A stretch of 19,682 nt of DNA from NCBI GenBank assembly GCA_031459535.1, contig JAVKIJ010000058.1, forward strand, positions 1-19,682, read 5' to 3'. How positions within the stretch are numbered: the first letter of the stretch is position 1; every line of letters begins with the position of its first letter. Origin of the DNA: Candidatus Fervidifonticultor quintus (GTDB taxonomy: Bacteria; Sysuimicrobiota; Sysuimicrobiia; Sysuimicrobiales; Humicultoraceae). The position numbers and the translations under genes were made by a program. The notes beneath the pieces were generated by a model, which was not told the origin of the DNA, did no database searches, and worked only from the letters and a program-made list of their open reading frames with translations. Positions 8,082-15,550 of the stretch are shown in pieces.

Positions 8082-8546
8082 TCACTGCCCCACCCGGACG
8101 CACCCGCTCAGGCCCCCGCTCCAGCTGCAGCGGTAGACGCCGTCTGTAGCCGCTGCGTACTCGAACTGGCCGGTCCCGCCTGCCGGGCGCGCGTACGCGA
8201 CGTGTCCCTTGCCCGCCAGGGACCCGAACCCGTCGCAGGTTCCGAAGCTGACGACCAGTCCCGCGACGTCGGACCACGACGGGAGGGTGATGAAGGGGGA
8301 AAGGGCGCTCCGGAGGGCTTCCCACCCGTCCTGGTTGTTGTCGCAGGGCAGCCCGGAAAAGTTGCCGTTACGGGCCTCGTATGCGCCTAACCCGCTCCGG
8401 ATGGAGTCGAGAAGCGCGATGATGCGTGTCTCTGATGCCCGCTGTCTCTGGGACAGGTACCTGGGGACCGTGAATGCCGCCAGGACAGCGACAACGGCTA
8501 TCACCACGAGCAGCTCAACGAGACTGTAGCCGGCGTGTCGCGTCAT
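8082..8546 (-). CDS. Type IV prepilin-like protein, 154 aa (paralog of the major pilin)
   Basis: True start ATG 8546 (ATGA overlap with the pilC stop). MTRHAG|YSLVELLVVIAVVAVLA with E5. Four Cys. Confidence 0.92.
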   Translation of the reverse strand: MTRHAGYSLVELLVVIAVVAVLAAFTVPRYLSQRQRASETRIIALLDSIRSGLGAYEARNGNFSGLPCDNNQDGWEALRSALSPFITLPSWSDVAGLVVSFGTCDGFGSLAGKGHVAYARPAGGTGQFEYAAATDGVYRCSWSGGLSGCVRVGQ

Positions 8547-9649
8547 CGGGCACCCCCTGCGATCACGTTGCCGAGCTGGCTGAGTGGCACGTAGACGCTG
8601 GCCGCGATGAAGGCCACCATGCCTCCCACCATGAGGAGCATGGCGGGCTCCAGCAGGCGCAGCATGGTCTGGACAGCTACCTCTGCGTCCTCCCGGGCGA
8701 TCTGGGCGTACTCGTCCAGCATGCGGGGGAGCTGTCCGGTCTCCTCCCCCATCGCTGCGAGCTGGACCAGCATCCCGGGCATGCGTCCTTGCACGCGCAT
8801 GGCCTGGGACAGAGGCGCGCCGCGCGCTGTTGTTTCCCTGATGGTCTGTAGGGCGGAGCGGAGGACGGTGTTCTGCGCCGTCTGCTCGACCAGGGCGAGG
8901 GCGTCCAGCATCGGGACGCCGGACTGGAGCAGACCTGCGAGGGTGCTGGAGACGTGGGATACCTGGAGTTTGCGGACGACGTCGCCCAGCCTGGGGGCGT
9001 TCCAAAGGGCCCGGTCGATGCGTTCCCTGCCCTCCGGGGTCTGTGCCCAGCGGACGATCCAGGCGGCGGTGACTAGACTGGCGCCCAGCAGCGCCCACCA
9101 GTACCTGGCCGCGGCGCGCGAGATGGCCATGATCGCCCGTGTCACGGCCGGCATCTGCACCTGGCTGGCCTCGAAGACCTCCGCGAACTTGGGCAGGACC
9201 ACTATGGTCAGCAGGATCACTACAGCGACAGAGGCGGCGACGACGATGGACGGGTAGACCAGGGCCGCGCGGATGGTCCTGCGGATCTGGAGGGCCCTGT
9301 GCTCGATGCCCTCCACGACCCGGAGAGCGTGGGCCAGGGCGCCTGTGTGCTCGGCTGCCCTCACCATGGTGCAGGCGAGCGGGCTGAAGCAGCCGGGATG
9401 GTGGGCCATAGCTGCGCTGAGGGCCTCTCCGGCGTCCACCCTGCGGCTTATGTCTGCCAGGGCGGCCCTGAGAGCCTGGTCGTCTGCTTCCGTGAGTGCG
9501 CCCTGCAGCCCGCGGCTGACCGTGAGGCCGGCTGCGATAGCCGACGACAGCTGCTTGTAGAAGACGAGGACGCTTTCCGGCCGGGCCCGTCGCGGCCTGG
9601 CGGGAGCGCTCGCAGGGCGGCGTGTAAGGACAGCAGCGGGCGTCCTCAT
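8543..9649 (-). CDS. pilC: Type IV pilus platform protein PilC/GspF, 368 aa
   Basis: True start ATG 9649 (ATGA overlap with the pilB stop). Two T2SSF repeats: FYKQLSSAIAAGL...GEALSAAM...AEHTGAL, ALVYP, LLQSGVPMLDAL...GEETGQL, LLEPAM. Confidence 0.95.
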   Translation of the reverse strand: MRTPAAVLTRRPASAPARPRRARPESVLVFYKQLSSAIAAGLTVSRGLQGALTEADDQALRAALADISRRVDAGEALSAAMAHHPGCFSPLACTMVRAAEHTGALAHALRVVEGIEHRALQIRRTIRAALVYPSIVVAASVAVVILLTIVVLPKFAEVFEASQVQMPAVTRAIMAISRAAARYWWALLGASLVTAAWIVRWAQTPEGRERIDRALWNAPRLGDVVRKLQVSHVSSTLAGLLQSGVPMLDALALVEQTAQNTVLRSALQTIRETTARGAPLSQAMRVQGRMPGMLVQLAAMGEETGQLPRMLDEYAQIAREDAEVAVQTMLRLLEPAMLLMVGGMVAFIAASVYVPLSQLGNVIAGGAR

Positions 9650-11124
9650 GGCATTGCGGAAGCCACGCGGAGGACCTCCTGCAGGGTGGTGACCCCCTCG
9701 CGGACGAGCCGCAGGCCGTCCTCCAGCAGGGTCCGGGTGCCGTCCTTGCGCGCGGCTGCAGCGATGGTGTCCGCGTCGGCCCCCCGGGTGATCAAGGCCC
9801 GGATTTCTGGTGTGACCCTCATGACCTGGAAGATAGCTGTGCGTCCGCGGTAGCCGGTGCCACGGCACGTGTCGCATCCAGTCCCCTGTGCCTGGGTGTA
9901 CGGCGCCTGCTCTGGGAGCGCGGCGGCGAGGGCGGGGGGCACGGGCGCCTGGATGCGGCACTGCGTGCAGACCCGCCTGACCAGCCGCTGGGCCACCACG
10001 AGGGAGAGGGAGGAGGCCACGAGGAAGGGCTCCACGCCCATGTCGACCAGGCGGACAGGGGCGGTGGGGGCGTCGTTCGTGTGCACCGTGCTGAAGACCA
10101 GGTGCCCGGTCATGGCAGCCCGGGTTGCGATCTCGGCGGTCTCCCGGTCGCGGATCTCGCCGACCATGATGATGTCGGGGTCGTGCCGGAGAAACCCGCG
10201 CAGGCAGGTCGCGAAGGTAAGCCCCGCCTTCTCGTTGACCTGGACCTGGTGCGCGTGCGGGATGTGGTACTCGATGGGGTCCTCAATGGTCAGGGTCTCC
10301 CGTTCGGGAGATGCGACGCGCCGGAGGAACAGGGACAGCGTTGTGCTCTTGCCGGAGCCGGTCGGCCCGCAGGCGAGGATCATCCCCCAGCTCAGGCGCA
10401 GGGCCTGCTCCACCCTGGCCAGGTCGTCAGCTGACATGCCCAGCTCGTAGATGTCGTGGAGCTGTGCCGTCTTTCTCAGGACGCGCAGGCAGGCGCACTC
10501 CCCGTGGTGCGAGGGGATGACGCTCACCCGGATGTCTACGAGTTCCCCGGACAGGTCCCGGACCCGGATCCTGCCGTCCTGGGGAAGGCGGCGCTCGGCA
10601 ATGTCCATGGAGGCGAGGACCTTGATGCGGGTGATGACTCCTGGCAGGTCCCCTCGGGCGATGCGCATGGTGCGCATCTTTACCCCGTCGATGCGGTTCA
10701 TGACACAGGCGCCGTCCTCGGTTGCCTCGATGTGGATGTCGCTGGCCCCCTGGGCGAGCCCGTCCCTGATGATGGCGCTGACGAGGTTGACAATGGGAGC
10801 CTCGCTGGCGCGGCTGGCGAGCTCCTCCACGGGGCTGGCGGCAGTCTCCTGTTCGACGGGAGTGCCGTCCAGGAGGGTGGAGCTGGACAGTGCGAAGTCG
10901 ATGTCCTCAATGGGCGCCTGGTATATCTCAAGGTCGTACCCGAGGGCCCGGCGGATCGTGTCCAGGGCGGGGAGGTCAGAGGGATCTGCCACGGCCACTG
11001 CGGGCGTCCCGTTGTCGGTCCTCAGTGGGACGGCCCGCAGGCGCCGCCAGTCGAGGAGGGCGGCGAGCCTGGGGTCGATGTCCCCGGGCTGCACTCTGCG
11101 CTGCGCGAACCCTGTGCTCCTCAA
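9646..11124 (-). CDS. pilB: Type IV pilus extension ATPase PilB/GspE
   Basis: TTG start with GGAGGGAGG RBS. GASDIHIE, RIDG, ERRLPQDGRI, Walker A GPTGSGKST, TIEDPIEY, LRHDPDIIMVGEIRD, TGHLVFSTVHTND, and tetracysteine CTQC...GCDTC. Confidence 0.96.
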   Translation of the reverse strand: MRSTGFAQRRVQPGDIDPRLAALLDWRRLRAVPLRTDNGTPAVAVADPSDLPALDTIRRALGYDLEIYQAPIEDIDFALSSSTLLDGTPVEQETAASPVEELASRASEAPIVNLVSAIIRDGLAQGASDIHIEATEDGACVMNRIDGVKMRTMRIARGDLPGVITRIKVLASMDIAERRLPQDGRIRVRDLSGELVDIRVSVIPSHHGECACLRVLRKTAQLHDIYELGMSADDLARVEQALRLSWGMILACGPTGSGKSTTLSLFLRRVASPERETLTIEDPIEYHIPHAHQVQVNEKAGLTFATCLRGFLRHDPDIIMVGEIRDRETAEIATRAAMTGHLVFSTVHTNDAPTAPVRLVDMGVEPFLVASSLSLVVAQRLVRRVCTQCRIQAPVPPALAAALPEQAPYTQAQGTGCDTCRGTGYRGRTAIFQVMRVTPEIRALITRGADADTIAAAARKDGTRTLLEDGLRLVREGVTTLQEVLRVASAMP

Positions 11125-11141
11125 CCCGGCCTCCCTCCGGG

Positions 11142-11170
11142 CCCCGGGGGCGGTGAGACCGCCCCCGGGG
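11142..11170 (-). terminator. Perfect 13-bp GC hairpin between the major pilin and pilB (attenuator or mRNA stabiliser, no U-tract)
   Basis: ccccgggggcggt-gag-accgcccccgggg on the + strand. It begins 9 nt after the pilin stop and ends just before the pilB RBS. Confidence 0.75.
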
Positions 11171-11179
11171 TTGAAGTCG

Positions 11180-11602
11180 CTACGGGCATGTGGCTACGAG
11201 GGCCTGGTTGTCAGGCGTGCCCCGCACGCGCTGGCCGGTGCCCCCTGCAGGGGTCGCACAGATGGTGTAAGACGTGGGCGGAGTGCCGGTGGCAGTGTAG
11301 CTGAACGCGGACAGCCCGGCATCAGCCTCGGTGGCCGGCAGGGCGATGTAGGGGGCGACAGCGGTCCTCACCGCTGCCCAGTTGGTCCCGGTCGGGTAGT
11401 TCCCCGTGTCCGCGGCGAACATCCCGAGGCCCTTGCGGACGTTGGCAATGGCGTCCATGGCGCGGGCGTCGGCGGCCCTCTGCCGCTGGGAGAGGAAGTT
11501 GGGGATCATGATCGCCGCGAGGATGGCGATCACGGCCACCACGATGATCAGCTCGATGAGCGAGAAGCCCCGCTGGTCACGGAGCCGGATGGTCGCGAGC
11601 AA
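11180..11602 (-). CDS. pilA: Probable major type IV pilin, 140 aa
   Basis: Likely TTG start at 11602 with AGGAGGT RBS at 11611-11617. MLATIRLRDQRG|FSLIELIIVVAVIAILAAIMIP, with a C-terminal Cys pair (ICA...TCP). Has its own promoter and a downstream hairpin, as is typical of major pilins. Confidence 0.88.
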   Translation of the reverse strand: MLATIRLRDQRGFSLIELIIVVAVIAILAAIMIPNFLSQRQRAADARAMDAIANVRKGLGMFAADTGNYPTGTNWAAVRTAVAPYIALPATEADAGLSAFSYTATGTPPTSYTICATPAGGTGQRVRGTPDNQALVATCP

Positions 11603-11639
11603 AACTGACCACCTCCTGACAGATGTAGTCTTGCGCATT

Positions 11640-11668
11640 ATCATATACCGCAAGGATGCTCACCGCAA
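11640..11668 (-). promoter_or_regulatory. Sigma70-type promoter for the major pilin
   Basis: Minus strand TTGCGG (11668-11663), 17 nt spacer, TATGAT (11645-11640), in an AT-richer intergenic gap. Confidence 0.65.
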
Positions 11669-11684
11669 CCCGCGAACAGCTGTA

Positions 11685-12188
11685 CTAGTGGTGGCCGCCT
11701 GGGTCGCCGGCCGACACCTGGACCTGGCCGTAAAGGGTGGTGGATACCAGCATGCTGGCGTCCCTGACGGTGACAGTGACACTCCCCTCCGTGGTGTGGA
11801 TGGCAGCTTCAATCCCTGAGACCCCACGGCCTGCGGGTGAGATGGTGAGGGTGTGGGATGGGTACGTGGTGCCGCTGATGACGGCCCCTCCGGGCGGGTC
11901 GAACCCCTGGGGGGAGAAATCAGCCACTGGGACCCAGGCAGTCCCGTTCCAGGCGGTGACGGTGACGTCCATGGACCCTGGGTTGAACCGCAGGCGGACA
12001 GGAGTCTGCTGGGTCCAGGAGAGCCTGATCGCCTGCCGCACCACGGAGGCGGTCCACTCCGCCGCAGCCCGGAGGCGGGCGGCGTCCGTGCTGGCGCTTA
12101 TCCGGAAAGTGACCGCGGCTGCCAGGATGACCAGAATGGCCAGCACAGCTACCAGCTCGATAAGGGTGAGACCTTTCTGGTCCCGCAT
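11685..12188 (-). CDS. FimT/FimU/GspH-like minor pilin
   Basis: MRDQKG|LTLIELVAVLAILVILAAA, followed by RLRAAAEWTASVVRQAIRLSWTQQTPVRLRF, the GspH/FimT helix-strand pattern. Confidence 0.85.
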   Translation of the reverse strand: MRDQKGLTLIELVAVLAILVILAAAVTFRISASTDAARLRAAAEWTASVVRQAIRLSWTQQTPVRLRFNPGSMDVTVTAWNGTAWVPVADFSPQGFDPPGGAVISGTTYPSHTLTISPAGRGVSGIEAAIHTTEGSVTVTVRDASMLVSTTLYGQVQVSAGDPGGHH

Positions 12189-12192
12189 GCGC

Positions 12193-13068
12193 TCACGGCC
12201 ACCCCGGGGGCCAGGACACGGCAGGGTCGCCTGCGATCAAGTAAGAGACAGGGACGTCGACCCGGACCGAATCAGGGTACTGGCAGATCTCATCTGGAAC
12301 AGAGCAGTTGGGGTAGGTAAGCGTGATTGTGCCGGTGCTCGCGTAGGTTGTCGCCTGTGCGCGGATCTCCAGTAGCTGGAGCTGGCTTCCACCTCCAGGC
12401 TGCTGGGTATACGCGGCCCAGCCGTAGGCTCGGATCTCGAACGGAATGGTTGCGGTCCGCGTTGTGGGATTGAAGGTGATCGGGTTCCCTGGGACTGGGG
12501 CCACTATCCCGTAGGCTCGCCATCTGGTGTTTGGGATGGACGAAGCGCCTGCCGACGAGATGGCGAGGCCAGCGAAGCCCTGGGCAGGGGGTGTTCGGTA
12601 TGGGTCGAGCTCCGGAGCAAGTGGCATGACCTGCCGCAGCGCGTCAAGGAAGGCGGTCTGTAGCTGGCTCCAGCCCTGGCTGCTTTGCTGTGCCAGCAGC
12701 TGGATGCGAGCCCTGCGGACCCCGCTGGTCTTGGCGGTATCATTGCCGGGCACCAGACAGGCCGTGCCTGTCTGGTTAGTCTGCTTACATCCCTGGTCGA
12801 TGATGTTTTGCGGCAGCTTGTCCCTGAGCGTTCTGAGTAAGATAGCGTGGTGAAGCTCGGAGGTGGATGCGGCTGCCTGGAGTGTCTGGGCCCGGACGTA
12901 GACCTGGCGTGCCGCCTGGGTTGCGTCCCAGGCGGCACGCGTGAGCCCTGCGGTGAGCAGGGTGGTTACAGCGAGCACAGCTACGGCCAGGATGAGAGCC
13001 TGCCCGCGTTGGTCTCGATACAGCGGGGCCACCTGGCCAGACGATGCTGCGCTTCTGCAGAGCCTCAT
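12193..13068 (-). CDS. PilX/GspK-like minor pilin
   Basis: RDQRG|QALILAVAVLAVTTLL lacks E5, as PilX does. QTLQAAAS matches the PilX_N 'xAxxAAE' position. Two Cys pairs. Exact start uncertain. Confidence 0.8.
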   Translation of the reverse strand: MRLCRSAASSGQVAPLYRDQRGQALILAVAVLAVTTLLTAGLTRAAWDATQAARQVYVRAQTLQAAASTSELHHAILLRTLRDKLPQNIIDQGCKQTNQTGTACLVPGNDTAKTSGVRRARIQLLAQQSSQGWSQLQTAFLDALRQVMPLAPELDPYRTPPAQGFAGLAISSAGASSIPNTRWRAYGIVAPVPGNPITFNPTTRTATIPFEIRAYGWAAYTQQPGGGSQLQLLEIRAQATTYASTGTITLTYPNCSVPDEICQYPDSVRVDVPVSYLIAGDPAVSWPPGWP

Positions 13069-13089
13069 CCAGTCGCTTGGCCTCCGTCT

Positions 13090-14136
13090 CTACATGTTGT
13101 TGGGATCCGGAATCCCTGGAACGTCGAAGTCGTTGTCTGGCGAAGGGGCCGCCCAGCCATCTGGGTCGCCACCGGAAGAGGGGCTGTCCACGTCAGAGCC
13201 GGGGTTGGAACCTCCCCCAGTAGGGGGACCATCGGGGTTGCCCGGGCCGCTACCGGGGCCGCCGGGGTTGCCAGGATTGCTCCCGCCTGGGTCAGGTGGT
13301 TGTATACCCTCACCAGGTTCGGGCTGCGTGCCGCTCCCCGGAGGCGGTGTCGGCGCAGCTGTCGGACCAGGAGTCGGGGTCGGGTTCGGTGTCGGTGTCG
13401 GGGTGGGGGTGGGGCTCCCGGTGCCGGGGGAGCTTCTCGGCAAGCACCAGGGGAGGTAGCCGATCCCGGGGACGTAGGGCCTGTAATAACCGGGCGGGCA
13501 CGGCTGTGCGCCTGGGGGTGGGTCTGAGCCCCCTCCCCCTGGGGGACTCGGCTGGTTGGATGTCCCTCTGGACGCGGTGCCAGTGGCGCCAGGTCCGCCG
13601 AGGATGACCTTCCCGGATGCGTTCCTGGCGCTTGCTCTGGCAGTTACGACAATCTGCCGCACCTGCGAGGGCGCGCTGGTCGGGTTGCCGTTGGCGTCGT
13701 AGTACAGGAACTGGAGCGTCTCGTACCTGGCCACGGGTTTTGCGGGACCGGAGTCCGCGGTGCGGTACAGGGTGCCGCCCTGGAAGTAATACCGTACCGT
13801 ATACCGGCGCAGAGTCCCCTGGAGACCAGTGGCAGGGTCTGTGTACTGGGAGTCCGCCGCGGAGCTCGACGTGCTCGCTACCACGGTAAGCGCCCTGGGG
13901 TATGCCTCGGTGACCTGTACGGCGTTCCCGAGCTCTTCTATCACGCGCTGCAGGGCAACGAGGGCCTCGGACCCCTCCGCCGCGGACGCGGAGGCGCTTG
14001 CGACCCTGGAAAGCGAGCGGTAGCCTGCCAGGGCGCCTGCTGCTACCAGAGAGAGCGCGAGGGTCGCCACCAGAAGTTCTGGCATGGTGGCCCCACGCTG
14101 TGCGTTGTGGGCGATCCTGACCAAGCGCTTGAGCAT
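13090..14136 (-). CDS. PilW/GspJ-like minor pilin with long Pro/Thr/Gly/Asp-rich C-terminal tail, 348 aa
   Basis: ATG 14136 with AGGAGGT RBS. NAQRG|ATMPELLVATLALSLV, ALQRVIEELGNA, YTVRYYFQGGTLYR, LQFLYYDANG, VRQIVV. Confidence 0.82.
   Translation of the reverse strand: MLKRLVRIAHNAQRGATMPELLVATLALSLVAAGALAGYRSLSRVASASASAAEGSEALVALQRVIEELGNAVQVTEAYPRALTVVASTSSSAADSQYTDPATGLQGTLRRYTVRYYFQGGTLYRTADSGPAKPVARYETLQFLYYDANGNPTSAPSQVRQIVVTARASARNASGKVILGGPGATGTASRGTSNQPSPPGGGGSDPPPGAQPCPPGYYRPYVPGIGYLPWCLPRSSPGTGSPTPTPTPTPNPTPTPGPTAAPTPPPGSGTQPEPGEGIQPPDPGGSNPGNPGGPGSGPGNPDGPPTGGGSNPGSDVDSPSSGGDPDGWAAPSPDNDFDVPGIPDPNNM
13661..13692. repeat. 32-bp exact repeat, copy 1 (copy 2 at 14524-14555), inside the two PilW-like paralogs
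   Basis: acctgcgagggcgcgctggtcgggttgccgtt occurs at both positions, followed by one mismatch and 11 more identical bases (gcgtcgtagta). Confidence 0.9.
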
Positions 14137-14162
14137 GCGGGCGCTCACCTCCTGTAGTCCGT

Positions 14163-14993
14163 TCATGGCTGGCAACCTGAGAGGTCACAGAACCACGCGC
14201 AGGTCTGTGGGTCCCTTGCGGGCCTGCCGCACCCCACCTGCGGGCAGAGGTTGGGCGGAGGGGGACCGGGAGGGCACTGCCGTGGCGGGGGGGTCGGGGT
14301 AGGTGTAGGGCCCCCGGGCCCGCTTCCTGGGGGTGGCGGCGTCGGGTTCCCACCAGGGGGCGGTGTGGGGACACCAGGACCGCTGCCAGGCGGCGGCGTC
14401 GGGTTGCCACCAGGGGGAGGAGCCGAGCCCCTTGTGGCAGTGGCAGTCACCGGCGGCAGCCCGAGGATCACCTTCGACGCGGCGCTTGAGCCACCGGCCC
14501 TTGCGGACACGACGATCTGCCGGACCTGCGAGGGCGCGCTGGTCGGGTTGCCGTTAGCGTCGTAGTAACGGAAAGTCAGGGTCGTGTAGTGTGCTACAGG
14601 ACGCGTGCTTGCGGGGTCAGAGCCGCTCGTGCGGTAAAGAACCCCGTCTTGGAACTGGTACCGGACCGTGTAGGGTCCCAGGATGCCCTGGGTGCCGGTT
14701 GCAGGATCGGTGTACTGCGAGGTGACCCGGGAGCTGGACGTGGTAGCGGTGACGGTCACCGCATGCGGGAGCGCCTCCAGGACCTGTGTAGCGTTCCCCA
14801 ACTCCTCGGTAACCCGTTGCAGGGTTGTCAGGGCTTCCGTCGCCCCAGCGGTCGAGGACGAGGAACGGGCGGCCGCGGAGATAGAGCGGTACCAGACGAG
14901 GACACCTGCCGAGAGCACGGCCAGTGCGAGGAGTCCCGCCAGGAGCTCCACCACGGTAATCCCGAATGAACTGCCTGGCCTGTTGCGTCTCAT
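14163..14993 (-). CDS. PilW/GspJ-like minor pilin paralog with Pro-rich linker and six-Cys C-terminal minidomain
   Basis: Start is ATG 14993 or GTG 14996 (GGAGG at 15008-15012). SSFG|ITVVELLAGLLALAVL, with the same core motifs as 13090-14136. Confidence 0.82.
   Translation of the reverse strand: MRRNRPGSSFGITVVELLAGLLALAVLSAGVLVWYRSISAAARSSSSTAGATEALTTLQRVTEELGNATQVLEALPHAVTVTATTSSSRVTSQYTDPATGTQGILGPYTVRYQFQDGVLYRTSGSDPASTRPVAHYTTLTFRYYDANGNPTSAPSQVRQIVVSARAGGSSAASKVILGLPPVTATATRGSAPPPGGNPTPPPGSGPGVPTPPPGGNPTPPPPGSGPGGPTPTPTPPPRQCPPGPPPPNLCPQVGCGRPARDPQTCAWFCDLSGCQP
14524..14555. repeat. 32-bp exact repeat, copy 2
   Basis: Identical to 13661-13692; encodes NGNPTSAPSQV on the minus strand. 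Confidence 0.9.
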
Positions 14994-15020
14994 CACGTGA
15001 CGGAGCACCTCCCCATCTGC

Positions 15021-15530
15021 CTACTGCTGGACTGTGGTAAAGGCGAGGAGGCTGACCGGACGTTCCTGTGGACTCACGGTGCCGACCGTTACGGTGAAGA
15101 CGGATGAGGAACCGACTACCGACTGAGGATCTGGATTGCAGTCGCCCTGGCAAGAGCTGTTGGGGGTCCTGTACACGAGCACCGCGTCGCTACCCCACAC
15201 CGCGGCCCGCCTGGAGACGCTCACGGGATAGCCTTCGACGACCGGCGAGGCAGTGCCGGTCCTGCGGACTTCGGTCGCGGCGTAGAAGAGGGCCTTGACC
15301 TGTCGGTTTCGGCCAGCGCTCGTGGTCATGGCCGTGCCGACCCTCTGGAAGATCCCCGCTGCAGCGGCCATCACCGCTGCGGTGATGGCGAGAGCCGCCA
15401 GCACCTCGACGAGGGAGCTGCCTCCCTGGTGGGCGCCTGGAAGGCAGTCAGGGAGGCCTGAGGCGTGGGGATTGCGGACGCCAGCCTCCTGGGCTCCCAG
15501 CCGCCGGGCAGGTAGGGTGCAATGCGTCAT
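15021..15530 (-). CDS. PilV/GspI-like minor pilin
   Basis: HQGG|SSLVEVLAALAITAAVMAAAAG with E5. First pilin of the cluster. The leader is unusually long and the start is uncertain. Confidence 0.78.
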   Translation of the reverse strand: MTHCTLPARRLGAQEAGVRNPHASGLPDCLPGAHQGGSSLVEVLAALAITAAVMAAAAGIFQRVGTAMTTSAGRNRQVKALFYAATEVRRTGTASPVVEGYPVSVSRRAAVWGSDAVLVYRTPNSSCQGDCNPDPQSVVGSSSVFTVTVGTVSPQERPVSLLAFTTVQQ

Positions 15531-15550
15531 TTGGTGGTAGGATATCCTGG

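Noticed and set aside
1383-11124. Type II secretion system call
   Set aside because: A PilT retraction ATPase, a major pilin with a C-terminal disulfide, and a FimT/PilV/W/X-like set favour a type IV pilus despite the GspL-like fusion.
757-14969. Many long plus-strand ORFs (e.g. 757-1959, 2088-3644, 5599-6903, 6982-8136, 10451-11608)
   Set aside because: They are antisense shadows of well-supported minus-strand pil genes in high-GC DNA and carry no recognisable motifs.
13090-14993. Shufflon or diversity-generating retroelement acting on pilin tails
   Set aside because: No recombinase, inverted sfx-like sites or reverse transcriptase are visible. The repeat is explained by gene duplication.
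15539-15548. 10-bp palindrome AGGATATCCT between ruvC and the PilV-like gene
   Set aside because: It is short and single-copy with no supporting promoter context, so it may be chance.
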